In this document: positions 1 to 8,327 of the stretch, piece after piece
How positions within the stretch are numbered: the first letter of the stretch is position 1
Layout of the letters: each line of letters opens with the position of its first letter
Source: Candidatus Kaiserbacteria bacterium
Lineage (GTDB): Bacteria; Patescibacteriota; Minisyncoccia; Phycocordibacterales; UBA2100
Direction: 5' to 3'
DNA length: 64,000 bases
Assembly: GCA_016217925.1 (NCBI GenBank)
Contig: JACRFK010000003.1
Location: forward strand, 207,656-271,655
The notes under the pieces: generated by a model
Databases searched by the model: none
Told to the model about the DNA's origin: nothing
Seen by the model: only the letters and a program-made list of their open reading frames with translations
Program-made: the position numbers and the translations under genes

Positions 1-770
1 TGCGCCTTCAGCATCAAGAACAGCGGAAACTCTTTGCGTGCCCTGTCTTCCGCCTCTGCCCTCGGCCCCTTCTCGCTCACACGGTGTGATATCCATTCTT
101 CGAGACCCGCGAGCGCGAAGCCGTGTTTGGCGAGTTCTTTCATATAAAGCTGGAGTGGACGGTGGTATGAAAGCGTCGTTGCACTTGGGTCGGAGCCGGG
201 GTGCATTTGAATGGTGTATGCGCTTTCTGAAAGATATTTGTCGACACGGCGAAATTGCACATCCGCATCTGCATCAAATCCCCACTCGGAATGTCGCGGG
301 ATGCGAAATGCGGGGTGATTGAGCACGATGACGAACGCGCCGCCCTGTTTGAGCAGATGCGAGACTTGTGCCAAGGCACCTGAAAGGTCTTTGATGTTTT
401 GGAGTGCGAGTACGCAGATAGCTGCATCAAAAGAAGAATCGGGTAGTGGCATGCGCGACGCCGGCGCCGCGAGGTAGTGAATGCCCGCGGGCCCCAGCTT
501 TTTCCCAATAGCGATGAGCTCCGGCGCGATATCGGCACCGGTCACGTGCGCACCCGCCGCCGCAAGCGCGCGCGAGAAGAATCCCTGCCCGCAGGCGACG
601 TCCAGAACTAATTTCCCTTTTACGTCGCCGAGCACGCGAAGCAAATTGGGCTTGATGACTTTCTCGTGGTACGTGTCGTCGGATTCCGAGACGTGTTCGT
701 GATACCAATTGGCCACATGCCCCCACGAAGTGTCCGATTTCTTCTTCGGGGCGGGCTTCCCTTTTTTCAC
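1..770 (-). CDS. Class I SAM-dependent methyltransferase (3' end runs off window)
   Basis: Manual translation from GTG at 770, which overlaps the dnaX TGA: MKKGKPAPKKKSDTSWGHVANWY...VLDVACGQGFF... (SAM motif I). Open to base 1; absent from the ORF track. Confidence 0.85.
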   Translation of the reverse strand, partial: MKKGKPAPKKKSDTSWGHVANWYHEHVSESDDTYHEKVIKPNLLRVLGDVKGKLVLDVACGQGFFSRALAAAGAHVTGADIAPELIAIGKKLGPAGIHYLAAPASRMPLPDSSFDAAICVLALQNIKDLSGALAQVSHLLKQGGAFVIVLNHPAFRIPRHSEWGFDADADVQFRRVDKYLSESAYTIQMHPGSDPSATTLSYHRPLQLYMKELAKHGFALAGLEEWISHRVSEKGPRAEAEDRARKEFPLFLMLKA

Positions 771-1831
771 TTCTCGCCGCATATATCAATGAGTGCAAGC
801 TCCAGCGGCAAATACGGCACGGCTGCATATGCCATCTGCTGATACGCTTCAAGCAACGCCTTTAGGGTATCTGAATTCACACCCGGTTCCTTGGCAAGTT
901 CCTGGGCGAGAGCGAGGTCGGCTTCGGTCAATTCTTGTGCGAAGGATTTCGCTAGGTCGGGCGCATACCGAAGCAAAAGGACCGCGCGCAGACGGTGGAT
1001 GAGTAGCTTCGCGAGCGTGCGCGGGTCCATGTTGTCCTCGACGGTCTTTGCAACGACCGCGAGGCCTGCGGCGGCATTTTTCTTTGCGACGGCGGTAAGT
1101 AGCTGTCGGACGATTTCACCGCGCGGAGCGCCGGAGACGGCTTCCACTTCCGCCACCTCGATTTTTTTGTTACCGGAAACGGCAAGGACTTTTTGCAAAA
1201 TTGAAAGGGAGTCGCGGAACGAGCCTTCAGCGAGAAGTGCGATGAGCTCCGCCGCTGAACGTTCGAGTGTGTATCCCTCCTTCTTGGCGATATCGGCGAC
1301 GGTCTCGGCGAGCATTGCGCGCGTCGGCTGCTTGAATGCGTAAACTTCGCAGCGCGATTGTATGGTCTCCGGTACGCGGTCGCGGTCGGTCGTCGCGAGG
1401 ACAAATATCGCGTGCGATGGCGGTTCTTCCAAAGTCTTCAGAAATGCGTTCCACGCCTCTTTCGTGAGCATGTGCGCCTCGTCGATGATGTAAAACTTGT
1501 ACGGCGACTCGAACGGCATCGCGTAAACCCCTTCGCGCAAGAGTCGGATATCATCTATTCCCCGATTGGATGCGGCGTCTATTTCGTAAAGGTCTTTGTC
1601 GGAGACTCCGAGCTCGCGCGCGAGGATGCGCGCGACCGAAGTCTTACCCGTCCCCCGCCCGCCTGCAAAGAGGTACGCGTGCGCTACCTTCTTGTTCTTT
1701 ATCGCCTTTTCAAGCACGTCCACGACATGCGCCTGCCCCCGCACATCCTTAAATGTCGCCGGCCGGTAGGTGCGGTAAAGCGTCGCGTGCCGTGCTTCTT
1801 TCTTCACCCCGTTAGAAGCTTTGCCTATCAT
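767..1831 (-). CDS. dnaX: DNA polymerase III subunit gamma/tau (short form)
   Basis: LYRTYRP, HAYLFAGGRGTGKT Walker A, EIDAASNRGIDDIR, IIDEAHML, TIQSRC motifs. Confidence 0.97.
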   Translation of the reverse strand: MIGKASNGVKKEARHATLYRTYRPATFKDVRGQAHVVDVLEKAIKNKKVAHAYLFAGGRGTGKTSVARILARELGVSDKDLYEIDAASNRGIDDIRLLREGVYAMPFESPYKFYIIDEAHMLTKEAWNAFLKTLEEPPSHAIFVLATTDRDRVPETIQSRCEVYAFKQPTRAMLAETVADIAKKEGYTLERSAAELIALLAEGSFRDSLSILQKVLAVSGNKKIEVAEVEAVSGAPRGEIVRQLLTAVAKKNAAAGLAVVAKTVEDNMDPRTLAKLLIHRLRAVLLLRYAPDLAKSFAQELTEADLALAQELAKEPGVNSDTLKALLEAYQQMAYAAVPYLPLELALIDICGEK

Positions 1832-1897
1832 AGAAAAAAGTTACGCAGTGGGTAACGGAAAGATTGCGAACGTGTCTTTTGCTGGCTTCTAACGGGG
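1807..1897. mobile_element. MITE-like inverted-repeat element at the dnaX start
   Basis: CCCCGTTAGAAGC...GCTTCTAACGGGG with TTCA direct repeats at 1803-1806 and 1898-1901. Confidence 0.8.
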
Positions 1898-2055
1898 TTC
1901 ATTCGGACAGTATACATAGAAGACTGCGTCTTATGTAGCACCTTCGCTCGCAAATCATATTAACCTGCGGTTCATGCGATATTGCTCGCTAGGCGCTATA
2001 AAAAAAGTCGGCCGGCGGAACCGCATAGAGTTGCATTCCGTCGGCCGTACTGTCC

Positions 2056-2748
2056 CTATGTGCTATCGAGCGAGTCTAGAGAGCCTGGCTTCCCAGTCAC
2101 ATCCCATGTCTCGACCCATCGCAAGTATGCTAGTCGCACGATGAGGCGTTTGTGCGTCCGCACTTTGATATGCTGTATCCTTAACGTCTTGTAGATATCG
2201 TTGAAGTTTCTATTTACTGTCAAGGGCTCAGTTTCCATCTCTGCGGCTATTTGCCTGGCCGTTTCGTATCCCATGCGGAGATGCATCAGCGTGGCTCGTT
2301 TTCGCGCAGGCAACGAGTTGACCCCTTCTGCCAACGCATCGAGGTTGAGTTTGTAGTAGCCGATAATGTCGGGCGGCACTTCAGGCCGGCCGCGGCCCGT
2401 TCCCCGAAGTTTGGCATTCTTTTTTGGGGATTGAGCATGCTGTGTAGCAGCAACCTGTGCGCTTGCGCGACACATTTCGGCGAACTTTTTGTACGAGCTG
2501 CCGATAGCTCGGAGCATCGCCTTTTCGCTACTCAGGCCGTAGAGGTTGAGTTTGCCGCACATACCGGTGAAAAGCTCGCGCGCGCTTTCCTTGTCCGTCC
2601 CGCGACGGACTTTGATCTGCAGCTGGGTATCTATTTTTGGTAGATCATTCCCGAGAGCGAGCTGCCTCGCGACGAACAGTTCGTCCTCGCTGAAGCGCAG
2701 AAAGGTACTGTAGACCTCTGCGTTCAACGGTTGATCGGTTGAGTTCAT
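2056..2748 (-). CDS. Hypothetical protein with two LuxR/sigma4-like helix-turn-helix segments
   Basis: 230 aa; FSEDELFVARQLALG and LPARKRATLMHLRMGYETARQIAAEM...TVNRNFNDIYKTL resemble LuxR C-terminal HTH; downstream hairpin at about 2003-2050. Confidence 0.55.
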   Translation of the reverse strand: MNSTDQPLNAEVYSTFLRFSEDELFVARQLALGNDLPKIDTQLQIKVRRGTDKESARELFTGMCGKLNLYGLSSEKAMLRAIGSSYKKFAEMCRASAQVAATQHAQSPKKNAKLRGTGRGRPEVPPDIIGYYKLNLDALAEGVNSLPARKRATLMHLRMGYETARQIAAEMETEPLTVNRNFNDIYKTLRIQHIKVRTHKRLIVRLAYLRWVETWDVTGKPGSLDSLDST

Positions 2749-2837
2749 GGATGTATCCCCGCTGTTTCGAGTTAAACTTCAAACCTTCGCGCCCTTTCTA
2801 GATTGTGAAAGAGCAGCTAACGGGCACCATAACCTTT

Positions 2838-3797
2838 TTACGAGTTTCCGCCAAGAATGAATTTTGCCTCATCTGCGGTATTCGTTTCCATAAGCTTCAC
2901 GCGCAATTCTTTGGCCCCGTCCCAGCCCGAAATATAAGCTTTGAAATGTTTCTTCATGGTGGCGTAGTTGACACTGTCTCCCAGCAATTCGTCGAAAAGT
3001 GTGAGGTGTTCGATGAGTGCGCTGATACGTTCCTGTGGCGCCGGCAATTCAGTGCGGTCCGAAAAAAGCCACGGATTTCCAAAGACGGCGCGGCCGAGCA
3101 TCACGCCGTCGCATTTCGTCTCCGCAGCTTTCGCGCGCGCGTCGTTCAAGTCTTTCACGTCGCCGTTCCCCGCGATGAGCGTTTTGGAGCCGAGCGAATC
3201 GCGGATGGCGACCGCGCGCGCGACGGCATCCCACCGTGCCGGCACATCCGACATCTCTTTGCGCGTGCGTGCGTGAAGTGTGACGAGCGCGGGTTCTTCG
3301 GCAAGCAGCTCCGACAGCCACGTATCGAGCTCGTCTTTGTTATAACCGATACGGGTTTTGACGGAAACGGGCAACCCGCTTTTCTTCGCCGCACGGATAA
3401 GCTCGCGCGCAAGGCTGGGATTCTTGATGAGCGCGGCACCACATCCACTTTTCTCTACCGCTTTGTCAGGGCATCCCATGTTGATATCGAAACCGTCAAA
3501 ACCAAGCTCGGCGCAGAGACGTGCCGCGGCTTCCATGCGTTCCGGCGACGAGGTGAAAAGCTGCGCCACGATAGGCCGTTCTGCCTCATCGTATAAAAGT
3601 TTCTTCAGGAGCTTGACCTTGCCGTCTTCCGGAGCGAGGATAAGACCGTCGGCCGAAGTAAACTCCGTGTACATCACGCGCGGGACGTCGGGCGAACTAT
3701 GTTGTGCGATAAGCCGCCGGAATGCTGCATCCGTCACATCCTCCATGGGTGCCTGGATAAAAAACGGTTTTGGTAGCGTGTGCCAAAAGTCTTCCAT
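2838..3797 (-). CDS. dus: tRNA-dihydrouridine synthase
   Basis: QAPMEDVTD, DINMGCP, GAALIKNP, PVSVKTRIG, LHART, GNGDV motifs; start set at MEDFW. Confidence 0.95.
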   Translation of the reverse strand: MEDFWHTLPKPFFIQAPMEDVTDAAFRRLIAQHSSPDVPRVMYTEFTSADGLILAPEDGKVKLLKKLLYDEAERPIVAQLFTSSPERMEAAARLCAELGFDGFDINMGCPDKAVEKSGCGAALIKNPSLARELIRAAKKSGLPVSVKTRIGYNKDELDTWLSELLAEEPALVTLHARTRKEMSDVPARWDAVARAVAIRDSLGSKTLIAGNGDVKDLNDARAKAAETKCDGVMLGRAVFGNPWLFSDRTELPAPQERISALIEHLTLFDELLGDSVNYATMKKHFKAYISGWDGAKELRVKLMETNTADEAKFILGGNS

Positions 3798-3811
3798 GCG
3801 GGCACGATAAC

Positions 3812-4180
3812 ATGAGCGCGTTGACATCCGAACCAGGCTTGGGCACCATGCAGGTCGGCCGTTGTGGAGGGGCCGTGCTCATGACTACACCCAAACCCGT
3901 GAGCGGCGTTGGACTGCTCACCGAACCAGGACTGTTGGCCGCGCAAGCGCTGTTCAACGTTCTCGAAGAGGGCGCCAAGACGAACAGCAGGAACATCGAT
4001 GACCTGAAGGACGCTCTCAAAAATGGCCTTCTCGAGTTGAACGACGAGGAGACCGATCAACTGAGGCCAATCTTCGCAGCGCTCGGCGAATCGGAATTTG
4101 CTGCGAAGCACCTGAGGAACGCGTCCCAGAAACCCGCAGCCATCGGGACAGTTGAGGGACCCCAGGGAAGCTTTTCCTAA
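3812..4180 (+). CDS. Hypothetical protein
   Basis: About 122-aa ORF followed by a hairpin and T-tract at 4210-4235. Confidence 0.5.
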   Translation: MSALTSEPGLGTMQVGRCGGAVLMTTPKPVSGVGLLTEPGLLAAQALFNVLEEGAKTNSRNIDDLKDALKNGLLELNDEETDQLRPIFAALGESEFAAKHLRNASQKPAAIGTVEGPQGSFS

Positions 4181-4209
4181 GCGCAAGGTCCACAACATAC
4201 GGCAATCAA

Positions 4210-4236
4210 GGCGACCGCAATGGCCGCCTTTTTTGT
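4210..4236 (+). terminator. Intrinsic terminator
   Basis: GGCGACC-gcaat-GGCCGCC followed by TTTTTT. Confidence 0.6.
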
Positions 4237-4335
4237 TTGTCATTTTTTGACATTAATACAAAGAAGGGTTATAATCATCGTGGCGGAGAAATTGTTCAAC
4301 CACTTACCGCCAAGTCATTTGGAATGGGGCTGGTA

Positions 4336-4617
4336 ATGAAATCAAGAAAAAAAGCCCGAGGTCGGCCGACTTTGGGTAAACGTGCGAGCAAGGCAATCGC
4401 TGAGGGGAATACTGGGCCGAAAGTCAACCCAGTAGCATTGCAGAAGAGTCTGCAGGCTCTCCTGGACGCTGACAAGCATCCCGGCGACGAGGCAATTGCC
4501 GTGATTGCAGACTTGCGTCACTTGGCCGCTGTGCCGGCAGAGGCAAAACCCCTGATCGAAAGAGTTCTCGCAAAGTATCCGTACACCAAGCGAGAACGGT
4601 TTAACTGGTGGAAATAG
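4336..4617 (+). CDS. Small basic hypothetical protein (ARGRP AT-hook-like motif)
   Basis: ORF downstream of TTGACA...TATAAT (about 4247-4275) and followed by hairpin GGGCGGCC/GGCCGCCC. Confidence 0.55.
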   Translation: MKSRKKARGRPTLGKRASKAIAEGNTGPKVNPVALQKSLQALLDADKHPGDEAIAVIADLRHLAAVPAEAKPLIERVLAKYPYTKRERFNWWK

Positions 4618-4651
4618 ACGTAACTCGGGCGGCCCACGTGGCCGCCCGTTT

Positions 4652-5647
4652 CTATTGTGCGTTTTGCTGTGCCTGCCCATTTCCGCCGAAGGCGGATTCT
4701 CCTCCGGAGAACAATTTGTAATACGCGCGGTTGGTGAAGCGGAGATCTATATATTCAAGCTTGTCCCGTTTATCCTTCAACACGTCCGATGAAAGCACGA
4801 GTTGCAAATTTTTCACGAGAGTGTTCGCATCAGCGCCGTATGAGGCTTTGATGGTAAAACCTTCTCCAAGCTGCACGAAAAAGTCCTGGTCGTTATCCAC
4901 GTGTGCTCCGAGCGGGGTGAGGCCCGCCTGCCCCAAGAGCTTGAGGAGCGAGAGCATGCCCGGCAAGTGCGCCTGAACGAACGACTCCCCTAACGGGTAG
5001 GTCGAGGTGGCAGTCACCTCCTGCGCGGGTAGCCCCCCGGCAAAAACATACTGCGTACTCGAGGTGGCGGTGCCAGCCCAACCCATCGGTGCGTAAATAA
5101 ATCCACTCGCGTCCATCAGATAGCAGTATCCCTGTTGGATTCCAGTGCACCAACGGGCAAACGGCTCACGCTCCTCTATCGTAATAACGATGTCCGTCGC
5201 AAATACGGAAGGCCGTGAAATGTGGACTGATTTAACGGGATGAAAAGATGCGATTGCCTTCTCGAGTTCCACCTGCGGATACAAAAAGATATTACGGCGC
5301 GAGAGAACATGGTACGCGCCGTCGTCGAGTACCGTCTCGACGAAACGTTTGACGTGTTCTTCTTTCATGCCCTTGGCACCCACGACAGAAATGCCGGATA
5401 CGTTGAACTGCGGAAGGTACGAGGCCCAACTCACCCCATAAAAAATCGCACCGCATAGAACGAGGACAGCGAGCGCAAAGACTGCGCGCACGCGCCGACG
5501 CCTTGCGCGCAGGGGCATCGGCCGCTTCGGCGGCTCGGGAGCGCGCGGACCCTGCAGAGAAAAAAGCGGCACCTGCCCGCGCGGCGGGCTCTTCGGCGCA
5601 CGGCCGCCCCGTAAATCAATGACTCCACTACTTTTTTTCGATTGCAT
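4652..5647 (-). CDS. ftsQ: Cell division protein FtsQ/DivIB-like
   Basis: Basic N-terminus, one TM helix, POTRA-like region, IEEREP, C-terminal EYIDLRF. Confidence 0.8.
   Translation of the reverse strand: MQSKKSSGVIDLRGGRAPKSPPRGQVPLFSLQGPRAPEPPKRPMPLRARRRRVRAVFALAVLVLCGAIFYGVSWASYLPQFNVSGISVVGAKGMKEEHVKRFVETVLDDGAYHVLSRRNIFLYPQVELEKAIASFHPVKSVHISRPSVFATDIVITIEEREPFARWCTGIQQGYCYLMDASGFIYAPMGWAGTATSSTQYVFAGGLPAQEVTATSTYPLGESFVQAHLPGMLSLLKLLGQAGLTPLGAHVDNDQDFFVQLGEGFTIKASYGADANTLVKNLQLVLSSDVLKDKRDKLEYIDLRFTNRAYYKLFSGGESAFGGNGQAQQNAQ
4682..4711. repeat. 30-bp double-hairpin repeat (SxGGSxxGG family), in frame in ftsQ
   Basis: TCCGCC-GAA-GGCGGA TTCTCC-TCC-GGAGAA. Confidence 0.75.
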
Positions 5648-6896
5648 CTTTGCCCATGTAGCCCCGCAAGACGTCGGGGATCGTTATTGAGCCGTCCGCA
5701 CGCTGATTGTTCTCGACGAGCTGGCAGAGGATGCGCGGCATCGCGAGCGCAGTGTTGTTGAGCGAGTGGACGTAGCGCACGGTACCGTTCTCATCGCGAT
5801 AGCGGATGTTGAGGCGTCGCGTCTGGAAATCGTGGAAATACGAAGACGAGTGTGTCTCGCGATATTTTTTCTCGCTCGGCATCCATGCTTCGATGTCATA
5901 CTTTTTCACCTGGCCCAATCCCAAGTCGCCCCCGCAATTGACGACCACGCGGTACGGCAATTTGAGTTCTTGGAGCAGCGCCTCGGAATTCGCGGTGAGC
6001 TCTTCGTGCAGCTTTACCGACTCCTCGTGGCTCGCTTCGCAGAGCACGACTTGCTCGTATTTTACGAATTCATGTATGCGGAAAATCCCTTTCGTATCTT
6101 TGCCGTGACTCCCCGCTTCACGGCGGAAGCACGGCGAGAAGGCGAAGAATTTGATAGGAAGGTCTTTCTTGTCGAGTATCTCTTCCATGTAATAGCCCAT
6201 CGAGGCGACCTCTGCGGTGCCCGCGAGATATTCTCCATCCTGCGTCTTGTAGAGGTCATCCTCGGATTGCGGTAAATAGCCCGTGCCGACGAATGATTCG
6301 CGGCGCACGAGTGAGGGGACGATTATCGGCGTGAAATCTTTTTTTGAAAAGCGGTCCTCCACGAACCGTTGGAGCGCCCACACCAGCCGCGCGCCGTCGT
6401 TTTTCAAAAAGTAGCCGCGGAAGCCCGCGACTTTGGCACCGCGCTCATAATCCGCCATGTCGTGGGCGAGCAAAAGCTCGCTGTGCGTCTTGGGCTCGAA
6501 ATCGAATGCTGGCTTTTCGCCCCACGCCCTGACCTCCTGATTGTCTGCGTCGGACGTGCCTTCCGGCACCGACATGTCTGGAACATTCGGGACAAGCACC
6601 ATCATCGCGCGCCACTCTTTTAGAATGGCCTGCATTGATTCCTCGGCGAGCTTGAGGGTCTCTTTCACACCCTGCATACGGGCGATGACTTCCTGCTTTT
6701 CGGTGTCTGACTTGGCCGATGCGATGGCATCCGATGCGATATTCTGCTCTGCGCGTTTCTCGTCTATCGTCATCTGCAACTCCCGCCGCTTGTCATCGAT
6801 TGAGAGGAGTTTGTCGATGTCTATCTCGATGTGCTTTTTCTTCGCGCCCGCGGCGACAATATCCTTGTTTTCTCTGATAAACTTAATATCCAACAT
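5628..6896 (-). CDS. serS: Serine--tRNA ligase
   Basis: MLDIKFIREN, GTAEV, FRREAGSHGKDTKGIFRIHEF, KKYDIEAW, HSLNNTA. Confidence 0.98.
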   Translation of the reverse strand: MLDIKFIRENKDIVAAGAKKKHIEIDIDKLLSIDDKRRELQMTIDEKRAEQNIASDAIASAKSDTEKQEVIARMQGVKETLKLAEESMQAILKEWRAMMVLVPNVPDMSVPEGTSDADNQEVRAWGEKPAFDFEPKTHSELLLAHDMADYERGAKVAGFRGYFLKNDGARLVWALQRFVEDRFSKKDFTPIIVPSLVRRESFVGTGYLPQSEDDLYKTQDGEYLAGTAEVASMGYYMEEILDKKDLPIKFFAFSPCFRREAGSHGKDTKGIFRIHEFVKYEQVVLCEASHEESVKLHEELTANSEALLQELKLPYRVVVNCGGDLGLGQVKKYDIEAWMPSEKKYRETHSSSYFHDFQTRRLNIRYRDENGTVRYVHSLNNTALAMPRILCQLVENNQRADGSITIPDVLRGYMGKDAIEKK

Positions 6897-6913
6897 ATCA
6901 CGATGATACCATC

Positions 6914-7780
6914 ATGGCGGACGACCTCAAATTACTTTCCCCACACGAGTTCCCGCCACTCCTCAGGGAAATTTCTGACCCGCCGAAGCAATTGCACCAG
7001 CGGGGCGTGATGCCGAGCACCGAGCACAAGTGGCTCGCGGTCGTCGGCTCTCGTGCAATGACGAACTACGGCAAGCAGGCCGTACGCCATCTTATAGAAG
7101 GCCTCCGCGGCTATCCTGTCGTCATCGTGAGCGGGCTTGCGTACGGCGTGGATGCCGAGGCGCACAAAGCGGCGCTTGAGGCCGGCCTCACGACAGTCGC
7201 GGTGCCAGGCTCCGGACTCGACTGGAACGTGCTGTATCCCCGGGCGAATGTGGGCCTCGCGCGCGAGATATTGAAAGCGGGTGGTACGCTCTTGTCAGAA
7301 TTCAAACCGGAGCAAAAAGCGACGGACTACACTTTTCCACAGCGCAACCGCATCATGGCGGGGCTCTCGCACGCGACGCTCGTCGTCGAGGCAAAGGAGA
7401 AATCGGGCTCGCTCATCACCGCGAAGCTCGTCACCGAATACAACCGAGAACTGCTCGTCGTGCCCGGCTCCATATTCTCGGCCGAAAGCAAGGGCACACA
7501 CCAATTCCTGCGGCTCGGTGCGACGGCCGTGACTTCGCCCGAAGACATCCTCGTCGCTCTCGGAATCGCGAAACGAGAAGGCCCGGCGTCTTGGGCGGAA
7601 ATGCGTGAAGGTCTTTCGGCCGACGAGCTGAGGGTGTTCGAGATAATTCATTCGCCCGTATCCCGCGACGAGCTCATCGGCGAACTCGAACTGCCGATTA
7701 CCGAAGCGAATGTGCTGCTCTCCACGATGGAGATCAAAGGGTTGATAGTGGAGGAGCTTGGTGTCGTCCGGATGCGGTAG
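6914..7780 (+). CDS. dprA: DNA-processing protein DprA
   Basis: AVVGSR, VSGLAYGVD, FPQRNRIMAGLS, VVEAKEKSGSLITA. Confidence 0.97.
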   Translation: MADDLKLLSPHEFPPLLREISDPPKQLHQRGVMPSTEHKWLAVVGSRAMTNYGKQAVRHLIEGLRGYPVVIVSGLAYGVDAEAHKAALEAGLTTVAVPGSGLDWNVLYPRANVGLAREILKAGGTLLSEFKPEQKATDYTFPQRNRIMAGLSHATLVVEAKEKSGSLITAKLVTEYNRELLVVPGSIFSAESKGTHQFLRLGATAVTSPEDILVALGIAKREGPASWAEMREGLSADELRVFEIIHSPVSRDELIGELELPITEANVLLSTMEIKGLIVEELGVVRMR

Positions 7781-7882
7781 TGTTGCAAAGCCAGTAAAAT
7801 CAATGTATAAAGCAGGCCGCTCTGTGTTGTTGTTGTGTAGGCGTACACCGCGTTCCCCAAACGACACCGAGGGAGATGTCCC

Positions 7883-8140
7883 GTGTCACGACGAAGAATT
7901 GATTGGTATGAACTTGGTACAGCGCGGAAGAAAACGGCCGCGATACGATGCGTCATGCAGAGACTTCGCAAGAACAAAAAGCGCGTGACGGGGGATGCCG
8001 TCACCGCCCGCTTCAAAAACGTATCGCGTGGTGGCGTGATCACGCATTGCTGGCGTTACGGTCCTCGACTTCCAAAGGCGCGCTCGAGTGCGGGCTCACG
8101 CAAGTGGCCGCGTCCGCTGACGCGAACGCATTGGCGATGA
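7883..8140 (+). CDS. Small basic hypothetical protein
   Basis: GGGAG SD before GTG; terminator follows. Confidence 0.4.
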   Translation: MSRRRIDWYELGTARKKTAAIRCVMQRLRKNKKRVTGDAVTARFKNVSRGGVITHCWRYGPRLPKARSSAGSRKWPRPLTRTHWR

Positions 8141-8146
8141 GCAAGA

Positions 8147-8177
8147 TGCCCGGCGCGAAAGCGCCGGGCCATTTTTA
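8147..8177 (+). terminator. Intrinsic terminator
   Basis: GCCCGGCGC-GAAA-GCGCCGGGC followed by CATTTTT. Confidence 0.75.
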
Positions 8178-8230
8178 TCTGCACCATTTGACATATGGTA
8201 CTCTTCTGGAGTATGACTACCCGCCATGAA

Positions 8231-8327
8231 TCCCGCCCTTTCAGCGCGATATTATTTCTGCGAAATACTGATACTGTTCGATATGTCATCTTGCGTACCA
8301 ATCGTTATTAGCGTAGAAAGGGCGGGA
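8231..8327. mobile_element. MITE-like inverted-repeat element at the topA start
   Basis: TCCCGCCCTTTC...GAAAGGGCGGGA with TGAA duplicated at 8227-8230 and 8328-8331. Confidence 0.85.
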
